Source: Styela clava (Eukaryota). Taken from it: DNA of 64,000 nucleotides. The position numbers and the translations under genes were made by a program. Positions 1-13,685 of the stretch are shown here, one piece after another. The stretch is from contig NC_135264.1 in NCBI RefSeq assembly GCF_964204865.1, forward strand, positions 6,820,001-6,884,000, in the 5' to 3' direction. A model generated the notes under the pieces. It was given only the letters and a program-made list of their open reading frames with translations, was not told where the DNA came from and did not search any database. How positions within the stretch are numbered: position 1 is the stretch's first letter; the number at the start of each line of letters is the position of its first letter.

Positions 1-2327
1 ACCGCATCAAACCTGCATTATCACTAAATATACTTTAACATAAAGTTCAGTTGGCCCTGAAATGTAAAAAAAAAACATGGGGAAAAGCTGAGAATATAGT
101 AGTGTCTGATACGGGTACCGGTAACCTCCAGGAGCCTGTTAACTCTTTTCCAACGGAGTATTGAGAATGAGGAATAGTTAGCAGCCCTTTTTCATGAACC
201 GAAAAATAGAGATGTTGATTCACAAGCTGAGCAGTCTACATCGAATTACACTCAACAGTACAGACAGACAGAATTATTCTAAGTTAGAATACCGGGGTCT
301 AGTATAGTTTAGTACCACAAGTACTTCCGGTGGGCGTAGCATAACGAATTTTGCATATGCTATTCCTAACCCCCACCTGACTATGCCATCCAAAAATTAC
401 GTCACTAGGACGTCACCATCACGTCATTGGGATTGCCAAAGTATAATTACGATCGTCCGAAATGACATCTGCGCCGCCGATAACGAACTTGCTATACCAG
501 ACCCGAATACCGGTACGTACTGGTGTACAATATACATTCTGTATGCTGTCAATTCAGCAATTTATTTTGGTATGATATCAGAATATTAGTATACTGGAAA
601 AACTGGTTGGTCTATTACTATACTAAGAATTAAAAAACGACAGCAGCAAAGCTATTTTACTTAAAGAATTTTCCGTCTTTGGATTTCAAACAATTCTGTC
701 ATTTCAAGAGTGCTAACTTAATCCAGTAACTCAAGGAATTGCCTCGCTTTCAATGCTACCTTTCAATTCATAAATCTGTCTAACACTACCGCCAATATCA
801 TTTATAAAAGAATTAATAGGAAACTGCAATCCATATGGAATTAATAACTACCGTAACTTATAAAACTGAAATCAACCGAACGCCCAACGGAACTGGCAGC
901 CATCAGATAGATACGTCATACCACTCGAACGAATGAGCAGGGCGTGCCGCGTTACAAAGAGAATAAAAGAAACAAAGAAGTAAGCGTCGCGAGAAGAACA
1001 TCGCGCCGGCGTGAAAGAGATCACGTGACTGACCAGAAAGATATTTTGGTGAGAGACATGGTGAACGATGTCAAATTCAGGTATCTTGGCTAGCGAGTTT
1101 CGTTTTCGCAGCGGTCTGAATTTCGCTAACACGGAAAGAGTTACATCTACATGAGGAATTACAGCCGCGAATTCATTTCCTACATTGATCGATTATGAAC
1201 GCTTCGTACTAGGTTCAAGGAAATCGCGTTTATAATAAACTTCAATCTTATTTTAGTTTGCTATGAACCTTCTATTTAGGAAATTCTCCTAACGAAAATA
1301 TTTATGGCATTTTAGCGAAGAAATTTTCAAACATATTTATACGCGTTATTATATTTTTCCTGTATCTTACTTATTGACATTTTTGGGTGATAAAAAATGA
1401 ATAATTGAAAGGGCATATCAACCCTCGGTAACAATTCGATATATGAGCCTCAATCAAACGTATGTAGGGGGTGGCAAGCATTCGAGATGATTCTAGGTAC
1501 TATGCTGCAATCCCCCTGACTATTAGTTATTTAATTTGGCAGAGGAGACCCTGGCGACAGGGTAAAATTTACTTCAAAATACGCGACGCGAGGTCAAATA
1601 TTCGCGGACTGGTAATCTATATTTACGATCACACGAATCATTACAACAATATCATTTTTGGACTAATATAGGGGGTGGGTTATAAGCATCATTGCCAGAA
1701 TTGAAACAAACTTCGTTCGCATGAGTTTTAATTTGATTAAGTACCAATAGCTAAAGTTAGCTACAAACCATATACGACAGAGCATAATTGAACCATTAGA
1801 TTATGACTGACTGAGCGCCTTGCGGTAAAAAGCTTTGTAACAAATGACTGTTGTAAACTCACTAAAGTACACTTGTGGTACGACGCCGCGGGCGAATAGT
1901 TTCGACGGAGAAACGAAGCAATCCCGGAAAAAAGAAACAGCGAAGATAAACCTTATCTCGCTGAGCGGAGAAATTTCTGCCTTTTCTAATTTTCTTCAAC
2001 TGACTATATTTGGGTATAACATTTGACCGCAGAGGTATCGATTTAACAAGATGGTGTCTGGCACTTATGTGACAACAAAATTATTTATTTAACCCGATTA
2101 ATAAAAAATTGTCCCCGACAGGACAAAACATTACATGGTATTGTGTGATCTTTCAGTGAACGATATTGTTGTTTGTACAGTATTTTGGGCGGAGGCACTG
2201 ACCGTGACAAATGCTAGCCAGAAAAACATTCGCACTTAGTCGTTACTTAGTTAACACAGACGACCGTGTTCGTTCGGTAGCACATATCGAATTGAAAAGA
2301 CAACGAAGTCCACTATGCATACATATC

Positions 2328-2507
2328 TAGTAGTGGGATTCAGCCGCTTGGCACCGGTTCTATAGAACCGTCTCACGGAATTTTATTAGATCAGCGAACC
2401 GGTTAGCATTACTGGTTACTGTCAATGTTCTGTTTGTAACAGAACCGGCTGAAAAATATGACTTTTGTGAAGATACCGGCTGACAAAAAAATTGAATCCC
2501 ATCGCTG
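2328..2507. mobile_element. Non-autonomous hAT-type MITE
   Basis: Imperfect TIRs tagtagtgggattca / tgaatcccatcgctg, internal gaaccgg repeats, 8-bp TSD tacatatc / tatatatc (7/8). Confidence 0.7.
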
Positions 2508-4181
2508 TATATATCCACAAACAATAAGCTTCTGAATATATTTTTGTGTTCACGTGACGAGAGATAGAGTTATCGTCTTTGGCAGATGGCCGATATCACC
2601 ATTAACACATTCTTTGGCCGATTCCAACAGTTCATTCCTTTGCGGAAAGCATCGAATAGCTCCAGGGTAAATGCAATTTAATAGATGCAATGTAAGTATT
2701 GCCCACTAGACATGAATTGTTACAATTTAACTGATAATGCCCATAGGTCAAGTCGCAACATAACGAAGATTGCATCGTGTCCAGCCTCGAGTGTCTTTTT
2801 CCATCCCTTCGATATAATTATGACGATCGTATGAAACGAAATAAAAAAATATCGCCTTACAAAACGTCTATCAACTAATATTGGTCGTTATGCACTGACT
2901 GAATGCAGCGAATTTGAATGAATTAATATTAAGTAAACACGAACACTTTGACGGGAGATAAATTCATTCTGCAGTACAAAAGGACATACGGAATTGAATT
3001 ATATTCCAAATTCCGATACAACGCGACCATATAGTGACAAAATCTTGTTTAATGGATTTATTGCGTATGACATAGAAGATTAGTTTTGTTACGCGGACGA
3101 GCGTAGTCATCGACGAAGCCAGCTCATAAAATTAAGAATCAATCACGTCGGGAAATCCAATAAATATCGTAAAGAAGAATATCTCATCACTACTCATTCA
3201 TCCTCCTTTGTATGTTTATTTTCCCACAGCTAAGTCAGTCAATTTGTTGGTCATAAAATATGACGTCACGCAAACTCTTAACCCTAATAATACTTGACTA
3301 CTTATACTAATGAAAAAGACAACAGTACGAGAATGAGCTACTGTCAAAAAAGTCAATTCAGAAAACTGACAACCGACTTCGAATTCCCCTTTATCTTTTT
3401 AGATTTATCCGAAATATAAACTTACTTTCATAATACCGCTCGTTCATTATATACCCCAAAACGCACCAATTACAACATTCCAGACCGAATAATGAAGTGC
3501 TATTTGGGAGAATGTTTCAAACCACACAGGCCCAAGCAGACATTAGGCCAAATATGAAGTCTGGTATGTATGCCAAGTCAAATCATGTTCTTGCTCGATT
3601 GCGAGAAGTCAACAAAATATTACCGACCCTATACATTTTTTTCTATTCCTGACATAACTTCTGTTTTAATGACAGTGGGTCAGTCCATACCACAACACTC
3701 GAGATGTTAAGAGTTCCTATACCTCATCGTACTTATATCAGCCTGTCATCAAAACATGACAAAGAGTCTCTTATTGAGAAAACAAAATTTAAACCTTTGT
3801 ATTATGGTTGGAATTTTTACGAGTAATCTATTTGCGCAGCCGCAATGACGTCATGCATATTGATATAATGATTATACATACATGACTTCTCGAAATTTAA
3901 AATTACTAAAATACCATGCCGATTTGCAAATCGATTCTAATGAAATCGAAATTCGTCGTGTTATACTTTTATCAATATTAATTACCTAAAATTACAAAAT
4001 TTGATTGACTCATTTATAAGCGTTGTTATGAAATGTTTTATGATGGCGATTTTGTCATACAGTCATAAGCTAAAATAAGTATTCCTCTGGGCAGAACAGT
4101 CGATTTGAATAATCTAACGTAGACCACATATATTCAATCCAAAAATTTTAGTTACGTAATTACAGTTATTAAGTTGCTTAC

Positions 4182-4627
4182 ATCTGCAAATTCTAGTTTC
4201 AATTCTTCGTATTGTCTTCTGGCATCATCACGCTCACTCGTTGCTTGGTCGGCCTCGTCCGATGCAACCTTCCATTTGTTTGTCATTGAATCGCATTCAG
4301 CCTGTATCTGAACAATGAATTAATTGAAAAAGTTATTTGTTTGGGTACGGAAAACCCCCAAAACTTAGCAATGCAGTCAAAATATTCCGGATGTATTCAC
4401 GAAAATGTTGTCCGTTGAATACACGTAGTAATTTCGAAAATATTGCATTTTACTTCAATATTTAAATAATGTGCTCAATAACAAAAACTAGACAATAAGC
4501 ATTGCAGTCATACTTCATCTATCTCTGCTTCCAGTTTTTTCTTTTCTTCTAAGACTTCGTCATATTTTTCCTCAGCCGCATCGGCACGATTACGGAGATC
4601 CGTCATCTTCTTTTTAATTTGATCCAT
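4182..4627 (-). CDS. TPM: Tropomyosin-like protein, first two coding exons (5' partial gene; remainder not recognised in the window)
   Basis: Exon 4627-4514 (114 nt): MDQIKKKMTDLRNRADAAEEKYDEVLEEKKKLEAEIDE then gtatga. Exon 4307-4182 (126 nt): IQAECDSMTNKWKVASDEADQATSERDDARRQYEELKLEFAD with ttcag / gtaagc. The MDxIKKKM start, coiled-coil heptads and phase-0 exons of 38+42 codons match tropomyosin exons 1a and 2. Confidence 0.85.
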
Positions 4628-5192
4628 TTTGATATTTTATGGTAAGCTATACTAGGTTTCAACAATTAAAGCAGATTCTAAAAGATCTAAATGCGCAGTA
4701 ATTGCAATCGGTTAGAACTTTGGGTAAGGATCTACGAACCTCGCGACGCTCGACCCACTGAATGTTTTTCGATCGACATACAAAACACACAGGCTATATC
4801 AGACAAAAATCATAGAGCGAAGAAGGCTAGTAAAAAGAAGAGTAGCGAAAAACGGTGAATATATCTTCTCAAACGATGCGTGAACTTTTAAGTACGTCGT
4901 AGTCTCTTAACTCTTCGACGCGAAAAACTATATCCATAAACAGTCTTTTTACGAGTGGGCTGTGATATCATCCGGGAATAACTAATAACAACAAATTGTC
5001 GAAACGTGTTATCAGCCCGAAATAAGGAATACAATATTAAACAGTTTGTGTGCTATTTTAGTTTATATACCTACAAGGCATATCGATAATGCATCAATAA
5101 AAATGATTTTGGTCGGTGTTCGCAATTACCGCTTTCTCGAAAAATAGCCACGCTTTTGCGAGAGCATGACTTCGTCATGCACCAGCGCCTTG

Positions 5193-5202
5193 CCTTATAA
5201 GG
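5193..5202. promoter_or_regulatory. Perfect CArG box (SRF site) upstream of tropomyosin
   Basis: CCTTATAAGG matches CC(A/T)6GG, about 570 bp upstream of the tropomyosin ATG. Function is inferred. Confidence 0.5.
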
Positions 5203-6652
5203 TAGTTTAAACTGTTCTTTTATGGTGTGAATGAGTGTCGGGGAACGCAAGGAATGTTTTTAAACGTCACTCTATGAGGTAGAGGCGCTCGCCTTGAATT
5301 GAATATTTTTTATTGGTCTGACGACTGTCTGCTTGATCCAACAATTTTTGGGATTTACGCAAAATACACTTCAAGTAGGAATTTTACTGGTATCGAAAAT
5401 ATATATAACAGCATGAATAAAATAGTAATGCCCCATTCAAATTAGGCAATAATTAACAAATAAAGTCATAAAAATACTCTGACCTCTTAGAAATGCAAAT
5501 GCGGAGATGGCATAACACAGTTGCGTGTATTTGGTATACACTCTTGATAAATTGAGTAAATATTTACATTATTTAAACCACATTTTGTTTTATACTTGCT
5601 AATTCTCAACACTGAGTGAAAATGGCATTAACGCAAAGTAAACATAGGAATACAATTGAAATCGGGACACACTTTCAGGTTTGCACATATTTACTTTATC
5701 CTCATAAATGACCTAATTAGCTACTCTTACACTCCAATGTTTTCAGGCCGTAAAGTTCTGTAGTCGTATTTCCATGTTGTTATACTAGGCGGAGTACGTC
5801 TTTTTCTTCTGAGTCATAACGCCCACTAAACTTCAGTACGCTCCAGCAGTACTAATCGAACTTTAGATTGACCTGCTTGACAGATATTTAATTTTTAAGT
5901 GCTCCACGAAAGCTGAATTAGTAGTTAGTACACATTTCCATGCAAACACAAGGACCATGGCCAGTTTACCCATTCCTTTTCGATGTAAGTATATTCCTTC
6001 TATTTCAACTATCTGATCTATGAGCTACTCTATTTCTTTACTACATTTGAAGATCCATCACGTGAATCCAGAGACAACGGTTCGAATATTTCCTCATTCC
6101 TCGATCACATTATGTTGAAAATCGACTCGATGAAATGCTGCGATCGTTTCCTACAACACAGATCACATATCCCTATATGGTTCTTCAGAAAAAAATACTT
6201 AATTTTGGACTTCGGTGAAGGTGCGCACGATGAGCGCTTTGACGTACCTTTAAAGATCGGCTGCGTTTGTTGTCCTCAAATGCAAGCCAAAACCTATCAC
6301 GTACTTGACTTGCATTAAATAACACATATCAATCATGTTTAACTGCAAAAAACGTTCATTTTAGTTATGACATCATGTTTTTTTCTTCCAATCATCACGC
6401 TCGCCGAGACGTGATGACGTAATAATGCGTCCATCACCTTCGTTCCGGAACTGAAATCAAAAACCGTGCACAATCTTATTCAAATGAATAGTCATTTCTT
6501 TAGCGCATTGAATTGTTACATCCGCTGGATATATTTATGACATCACACACATCTTCGGAAATCGTTGGTGTGGTTTTGTGGATTATGATTACATTGATTA
6601 CTTATACGCTGCTATATTTTAAAATCACTTCGTGAGAACTATATTTTGACGA

Positions 6653-6865
6653 GGGGCTCACCAGTATGGAGGTAACCAATTTTGTTCGCCTTCTTCACAT
6701 CAAGTTGTTTAAAGGGATGGAAGACTATGGGCGGGTGTATACTAAGAGGATATATTCACTTGGCCAACACAAACAGTCCCCGAACTTGTAATAGAACTAA
6801 AATAAGAAATATCGGAATAAAACTATGGCCTAACCCTTACCTGGTACACTTACAACGAGAGTACC
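6653..6865. mobile_element. Short dispersed MITE-like repeat (same family as the element at 44843-46512)
   Basis: Shares ggtaaccaattttgttc...aaataagaaatatcggaataaaactatggcctaacccttacctggtacac...gagtacc with the two halves of the interrupted copy in gene D intron 4. Confidence 0.7.
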
Positions 6866-7553
6866 TCTTCGACTCAGCATGAAAGACACGAAAAATAAAT
6901 ATTGGTTATCAAAATGAAAGAGCTGTTAAGTTTTGTACGAAATATTATGAATACTTATTAAAGATAATGATCAGGCGAATAAATCTTCAAAAATGACTGT
7001 ACATATTAATTGATCATGTGCGATTATCATCTTCATATTGTAATAAAGAGTGAAATAGTATTGCATATGAATATATGCGAGATATGCTAATTCAGTTTAT
7101 CTGGCTACGTATGAGTATCTATCAAAATCTAAAAAAAAATTCGAATAATTCTGAAATTGTGATTGAATACCAATATTAAACTTTATGTATGAAAAAAGTT
7201 GGAAAAATGTGACACAATGAATTAATACATTAACTACATAGATAGAGGATATTAAATTTTATTACGTAGAGGTACTCTCAGTTATATTTACTTACAATAC
7301 AATTTTATTTCGATCTTTGGTATACAACACAGAACACGGACAAAAAACACAGTGCGACGGAAAGTTTGAAAAAATAACCAAAACCAAGGTTTATAACAAG
7401 TGCTGTAACTAGCGTTTGTGCCCATTCACCCACACTCACATAAGTAACAAAAAAAAACGACAATCTCAGCGAAGAGAAAGAATAAAGTCATTAGGCATAC
7501 ACTGTGAAGGCGACATTGTCGTCGTGCAATTACCTTGTGTTATTTAAATTATT

Positions 7554-7663
7554 GGACCTCCAGAAGTATGCACACCGAGATGGCGCACAACCGAACATAG
7601 TATGTGTGTACCGATTAGGATTCAGGTTGTGCGACATCTTGGTGCGCATACTTCTGGAGCACC
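7554..7663. mobile_element. Palindromic mini-MITE
   Basis: 35-bp arms ctccagaagtatgcacaccgagatggcgcacaacc / ggttgtgcgacatcttggtgcgcatacttctggag (3 mismatches). Termini are related to the element at 44843. Confidence 0.75.
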
Positions 7664-7682
7664 AAATTATTATTATTTTTTT

Positions 7683-7772
7683 TGAATAGAATCAAGCCGT
7701 TTTTTTTTAAATTGCTCTGAAATGATGTTGATTCGAATCGCTACGATTCGAAATTATGAAAATTACATCCTC
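7683..7772. mobile_element. Right-end fragment of the hAT MITE family at 39745-40484
   Basis: tagaatcaagccgttt...ttcgaatcgct...ttcgaaatt.tgaaa...acatcc matches 40403-40484. Confidence 0.6.
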
Positions 7773-8669
7773 TCAACTCAAAACTGCAAAAATAGAAATT
7801 CAGATAATCTTAGGCTGTATTAAAGTTTGCGTATTCAATTATTTCTGCTATGAAGACTCTACATTACTCACACTGTATATCTGTTTATAGTTTAGCTTGT
7901 TTAGTTTAGAAAAACATGTATTTTAACTATTTGGATCATTTAATTTTTTTCACCCGATCCCAACTTTTTGTTCGGCTTACCGGTATATGATTTTGCAGTC
8001 AAAAAACGTGTTTTAGAATTTAATTTATAAGTGAATCTGAGTGCCAATCAACATATTTGATATGAGCTTTAAAATGCAAAGTAAATTATAAAAGGACGCA
8101 GAAGACGGGCATTCCAATCGAAGTAGAGTTTAGGTTTTCGAAAGATTTGACAGCCGTTAGCGGACCTAGAACCGGCCTCCTAGACATAGGTAGTTAAAGC
8201 TTTAGGTGCCTGCTCGAGTAATATATATACTAACAAAACGATTAAATTTATTAACCATGGTTGGCTTAAAATATAATAATCTTCTATTGGTGGGCACTGA
8301 TATCTGTTCAAAGAATAAGACAAGATTTTTTACACCCTGCTAAAAAAAAATACGACCAACGTGTGGCAATCATATATTTCATGAAAAAGAAAAACAAAAT
8401 ATGCAAGGCAAATCAATTCATGCTCATATGGGCAATTCTAATTATAAGATAACAAAAAGATTATAATTACAATAAAATGAATATTGTTGAAGTATGTAAG
8501 TGATCAAATTTTCCAGCTGTTACACAACAAATTTCAAGAATGTTGGGGCAGTAACGTGTATTACGATTTATGTGTGGCTTAGTTGGTCCCAATTCCATTA
8601 ATGCACTTGAACAGTATATCTATAGCATTGTGATTACAATAACATAAAAATATATTTTAACCTATGGCA

Positions 8670-9012
8670 CAGGGTTGTGCAACAGGCGGCATGGCACGCA
8701 GACCCCATCCTGGCCCGCCAAGCCATTTAGTGTGGCCCTTGTCAACACTCAGATTTTCCCCATAAAGTGTCAAATCGTAATCCAACAGTTTATGTTCAAA
8801 AAGACGCTCAACATGGGTAAAAATGCCTGGTGCCTTTATTACCGGACACTCAAGCGGTAGCCGCATTCTCTACTTTTGCCTCCCCCAGCGCTCTGGTTAT
8901 TGCTAATTTTTTAAATTGTTGTGTACACGATAAAACTTTTTTTTTGTATGGCCCAGGTCAATGTCTGAAGTTGGTTATATGGCCCACCGACAAAAAATAT
9001 TGCATACCCCTG
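8670..9012. mobile_element. hAT-like MITE
   Basis: Imperfect TIRs cagggttgtgcaa / ttgcatacccctg and repeated tggccc subterminal motifs; TSD degenerate. Confidence 0.55.
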
Positions 9013-9213
9013 CTCTACCAGAAGCTTGGAACCCTTTTGAGGAAACTCTCATCAATAAATTCATAACTCATTCTGAGTAAGGTAGGGTATTGCATAAGGC
9101 AGGCGGAATTGGTCAGAAAGCGTTTGTTGAGAAGTGAATAACCTATTATATTCCACTGCAATTCAAAATGAAAAAGTTGATAAAAGCACCAAAAAGTGGC
9201 TCAAAATGAATAT

Positions 9214-11912
9214 TCATATTGGTTTGTACAATAAAGTTGTTACAAATTTCTTCTTGTATCTGTGTGTAGCACTGAGTGCCATTACTCCATCTTTTATTGA
9301 CAATGCGTACATATGGTTTAACATTACATGTTGTGGTTCCGGGAGAAGTGAAGGTTCACACTATAAAGTATAAATATAGTATTATTAAAACAAAATCTGG
9401 TTTTACATTGAGATTCAAGACTCAACACCTTAAATCTTTACAATTAGTATTTACTGGTAACTGTTGCTTACTGTAACGCAAGTATAAGTATTTTGAAATC
9501 ATGCACCAGAGGTTCCCAGCCAAGGCAGTCGGAGGGGAGCCATCAGTGCTTGAAGCCTAAAGCGCCGCAAGCAATGAAATGTTGGGAACCACTGTACTAC
9601 ACAATGAAGCATACAGGATCAAGATAATCCAAAACAAACTTTTCAGAGTCTCTATAAGTAAAAAAAATATTCACACTACTAATAGTACTTACCGCAAGAT
9701 CAACATCTTGATTTAATAATACTTTATTTAGTAAATGAGGAGGCAATGTTGGTGGATGAACATTGGAGTCTTCTAACATTTCTCTTGGAATATCCTGATT
9801 GTAACTGCCTGGTGGAGAGTGTGTTATGTCTAAAATAAAAAAGGTTGAGTGAAATGAAAACAGCCTGCCAAACACCTAAGATCCTTAAATTAGTATAAGG
9901 TCTGAACACAATCAACCAGTGTAGCTCAACTCATGTCCATTTATAGGTTGACATTAATAAAGCAATAGTTTCCATTCTTATAATAATAGCTCCATTTGGG
10001 TGAACATTCAGATAGGATGCTATTTTAGGAAAAGAATGATATAAATATTTGGTCAAAAATGGGACACTTTGGCGAAAAGCAAACACCAAACAAAACTTGC
10101 TATTTCACCTAGCAAGAATTAGATTTGAAAGCTGTTCTAGCCCAACCCAAAAGGCCAGAGTACCTACCCTCCCTCTGACCTACTATGTATTTTCAATAAA
10201 ATTTGGTTTTACTTATTCCCTATCGTTTCATTTCTTAATTTACGATTCAGAAAAAATCCCACCTCTCACATTTTCCAAAGAACTTGAATCTCTTGCTAGT
10301 GCTTCAAATACTTCAAAATCGGAATCTTTTACTTCCAATACATTGTTCATTATTCCTTCAGCATTCAATTTTGTTGGCTTTAAAATATAAAATTACTTAA
10401 CAAACATTCTTTTATGTATTAAAATATTAGGGACAAAGCGGAACAATATAAATAGGGCCAATATCAGAAGTTAAATTTCATATGTAGACTGGTGATTAAT
10501 CTTATACACCTTATTGAAGACTTTCAAATGATTAGCTGACAGCAAAAACTGAACCATCCATCAAACATTGATACAATATGAACATATTGCAAAATTACAC
10601 TTCTAATTTTTTTTTAAAAACAACAGTCCAACTAAGTGGTAATTACCTAGTAAATGTTTAGCGCTTAAATATATGTATCATATTATGATACATATTTTGA
10701 TACACATATATATAAAGTTTAAAAAACATGATTGAGTTTGAGTGCTTTTATTAAGCGAGACTTCAAGTCATGGAAGCCATTAAATGTAACAAAACCAAGT
10801 AGATACCAATATTCAATATATCTCAATAAAATTTGTATAATGCAATAATGATATCAGGCTGACGTCACCTCATCTTGGTTAGTTTTCCACTGTCCGTCAA
10901 CCATAAATTTATACTCGTGTTCTCCAGCTGGAAGATCAACAATACCATAAAAATCATCACGACTTCTAGACAAAGGTATTCTTGCTTTCCATTGATCATA
11001 GGATCCCGCCAAAAAAACCTGCAAAAACCTCTCGTTAACCAAAGGTGACTAAGAAAGTAATGAAAAATCAATCAGGAACTTGAAACAGAACAGAACCTGT
11101 GAGATTCGTTTAAATCCTAATGTATTTGTTCTGGAGTTGACAATAATTATTGGATGAAATAAGAGAGCAATGCTCAAATATAAGAACACAAATGTAGTAA
11201 CTAAAGGTAACACTATTATTTGCAACCTAATAAATGATATAAAGCAATATGTGGTTGTACTCTCTACTGACCTCTTTTCCACCACCTTTCCATCGAAAAA
11301 CAGCAGGTACTTTTGCTACTCCACCCGAGTGCATAATATGAGTTTGCTTTAACCCAGCCGCTTCATCCTAAAGAAATATATTTATAATGTTCATGTCCAC
11401 AACCATTAGAATTTGAGCGAGAGCCAAAATCAAATATTTTACTATCCCGACTACTTGCTAAAAATATTCTTGAATATCGAATGTATTTAAAAAAAAACGA
11501 GTTAGTCTTAATACAGAAATTTAAACATCCGTATACTTTGATGGGGCTCATTGCATTACTGTGACAGAATTTTTGGTGACATAGTCAGGAGGGGTTAGGA
11601 ATGACATATGCAAAAATTGTTGAGCCAGGCCAACTAGAAGTTATTGTGGTATGAAACTACAAGAGACCCCCATAATCAAAATACGGACATATTGCATAAA
11701 CAGCATAAAATTAAATTATTAAATGACAATTTGCAGGTTTTGTTTTGCATCCCCACAATCAGACAATGCTACCCTCTCACATGTAATAGATCATGCTGAT
11801 GTCCAGGAAAAACAAATCCAGATTCTTCCATTGGTGAACCAACTACTAGATCACTTCCTCCTTGACCTTCTGCAGCTCCTGATTCTCTCTTTATCGATGC
11901 GTTATTCCCCAT
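9214..11912 (-). CDS. PRKAB: 5'-AMP-activated protein kinase beta subunit, complete, 6 coding exons, 258 aa
   Basis: Exons 11912-11781, 11367-11272, 11018-10869, 10377-10263, 9829-9693, 9360-9214; all GT-AG and in phase. Myristoylation start MGNNAS; CBM (PAVFRWKGGGKEVFLAGSYDQW...PLSRSRDDF...GEHEYKFMVDGQW); DFEVFEAL; PPTLPPHLL; C-terminus CEPSLLPEPQHVMLNHMYALSIKDGVMALSATHRYKKKFVTTLLYKPI*. Confidence 0.97.
9507..9594. mobile_element. Short hAT (Charlie-like) MITE in the last PRKAB intron
   Basis: TIRs cagaggttcccagc / gttgggaaccactg. Related cagtggttcccaacc ends recur near 12126, 31127 and 31198. Confidence 0.55.
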
Positions 11913-13685
11913 GATTAGATATTTGAAGTTGCAATATTTATAAATTATATTGTAAGGCTATACCATATACCAGTATACAAGTAATAAATCTGACTAAAAG
12001 AGTTGAAAATTTTTCAGTTTCTTTATTTGTAATCAAGTGAAGTTATAGATGTACTTTTGTGTGAGTTATGTTATGAACTGAACTTATACTGAACTACAGA
12101 ACTAGATATACTGATAAAATTAGACCAGCGGTTCCCAACCTTTTTTCGATAAATTCCTCTCTTCGCCTATTTTGAAACTCTTTATTCCCCCTTCAATATG
12201 CAGATATGCATAAAAAGTAATTATTTGTTCATATTAAATGACAGAATAGAGATTTAGCTAGTATTACAGTATTATGAATATGTGTCAGTAGCACTCAAGC
12301 CTTTGTGCAGTTTACAGGTTTATGTAGTCTAAGCATAAATTAGAATATAGTAATATTAATTACTACCGATATCCGTATATGCCTGTATGCTGATGTGGCT
12401 AACCACTGCTAGATATAGCAATAGTTCATTTGCCAATTCTCGTCTGATTGTTCCAAATTCAGAAATTCATGGACTGGGAGATTCGTGTCCGTGAACCAGG
12501 GTTGCCAGATCCCAGTGTTGAAAATAAGCCAAATCCAGACAGAAAAAGCCAACAGTTTTACCAAGTACAAAAGCATCATGAGTTGAAACTCCTAGCACAA
12601 TTTGACAATAGTGGATTTGTACAGTTTGCAATATGCTGATTTAGAGCCATCAGTTGATTTGATGAGCCACGCCAAATCCCACTAAAACTGTAAAAGTTGT
12701 ATTGGTTGCTACCACCCGATCACTGTATCATGACGATTTCCACTTAAGCACGATCAAGGGTTAAAAACTAAGACAGTAAGAAGGATTATTGGAGTGCAGA
12801 ATTAAAATCTAGTTACTCTACAGTCTACACAGTGCTGCAGTGAGACAGTCAAGCTGAAAAACAGCAAAAAGCCAGAAAAGGAATATTAAGCGGACAGCAC
12901 TATTTTTTTCAGTTCAATATACAGATACGGTATATACTGATATATGTATACTGCAATACACCATGTATACCGCTTTCAGGCTTTAGTATGTGATAAATCA
13001 GTAAATGTACATGTTTCTAGACTACTTAAACTTGCGATATACCGTAGCCTACATATACATGCCTCAGAAAATTCTCCCGATATTTTACTAGGCTATTGAA
13101 AAAATTTTATGCTTATTTTGAGATTGTTTTTAAAATATCCAACCACGTGCCGCTTACACAGGTAGTCTACTGATAGATAATTTAGTTTAGCTAAATAAGC
13201 TAATCACGTTGTTCGCGAAAATTTTGATTCCTGCAACCAAACTAAAGGTCCTCGGAAGGCAAAATGTCAATTACCGTACTGAATTAACCCATACAGATAT
13301 TTTTATTTAAACATACTAAAAAACTGAAATAACACTCAAAGCTATGAAACGAGGCCTGCTTGAACATCTGAGCGGCTGCAAAAACTGCAATTGTTATGTC
13401 ATTGTTGGCTTATTTTTGATTGGTTGTGGTTAGGGGAAAATCTAAATGTTGAGTACCGGTATTTTAAATGATTTAATAATAGACAGTAGAATGAACATAA
13501 AAAAGTCGAACGGAAATTCTGATGGCAAACGTGTTTCAAAAAAGCCAAAATTGTGAAATTTGGCGTTAAAAAGCCAACGCTGTGAATCAGTGCTCAAAGA
13601 CAGCGACGAGTTCAGCAGAATAGGTTTCGTTGAAAGTGCACGCCCGAGGGCGCTAGCGATTAGTAAGGTACAAAGTGCACTTTGG

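Noticed and set aside
1-1130. Candidate minus-strand exons (PTELYVKVYLVIMQ at ~12-57; NCLKSKDGKFF at ~660-695) and a CpG-rich promoter-like patch with tcacgtgac
   Set aside because: Phases do not join into a consistent ORF and no family is recognisable; could be UTR exons or chance.
1950-2005. KLEKAEISPLSEIR, resembling the end of tropomyosin exon 3
   Set aside because: In-frame stop immediately upstream and no 134-nt exon; treated as coincidence.
6411-6454. GTGATGA...CTGA box C/D snoRNA-like pair
   Set aside because: Only about 45 nt, with no terminal stem or recognisable guide.
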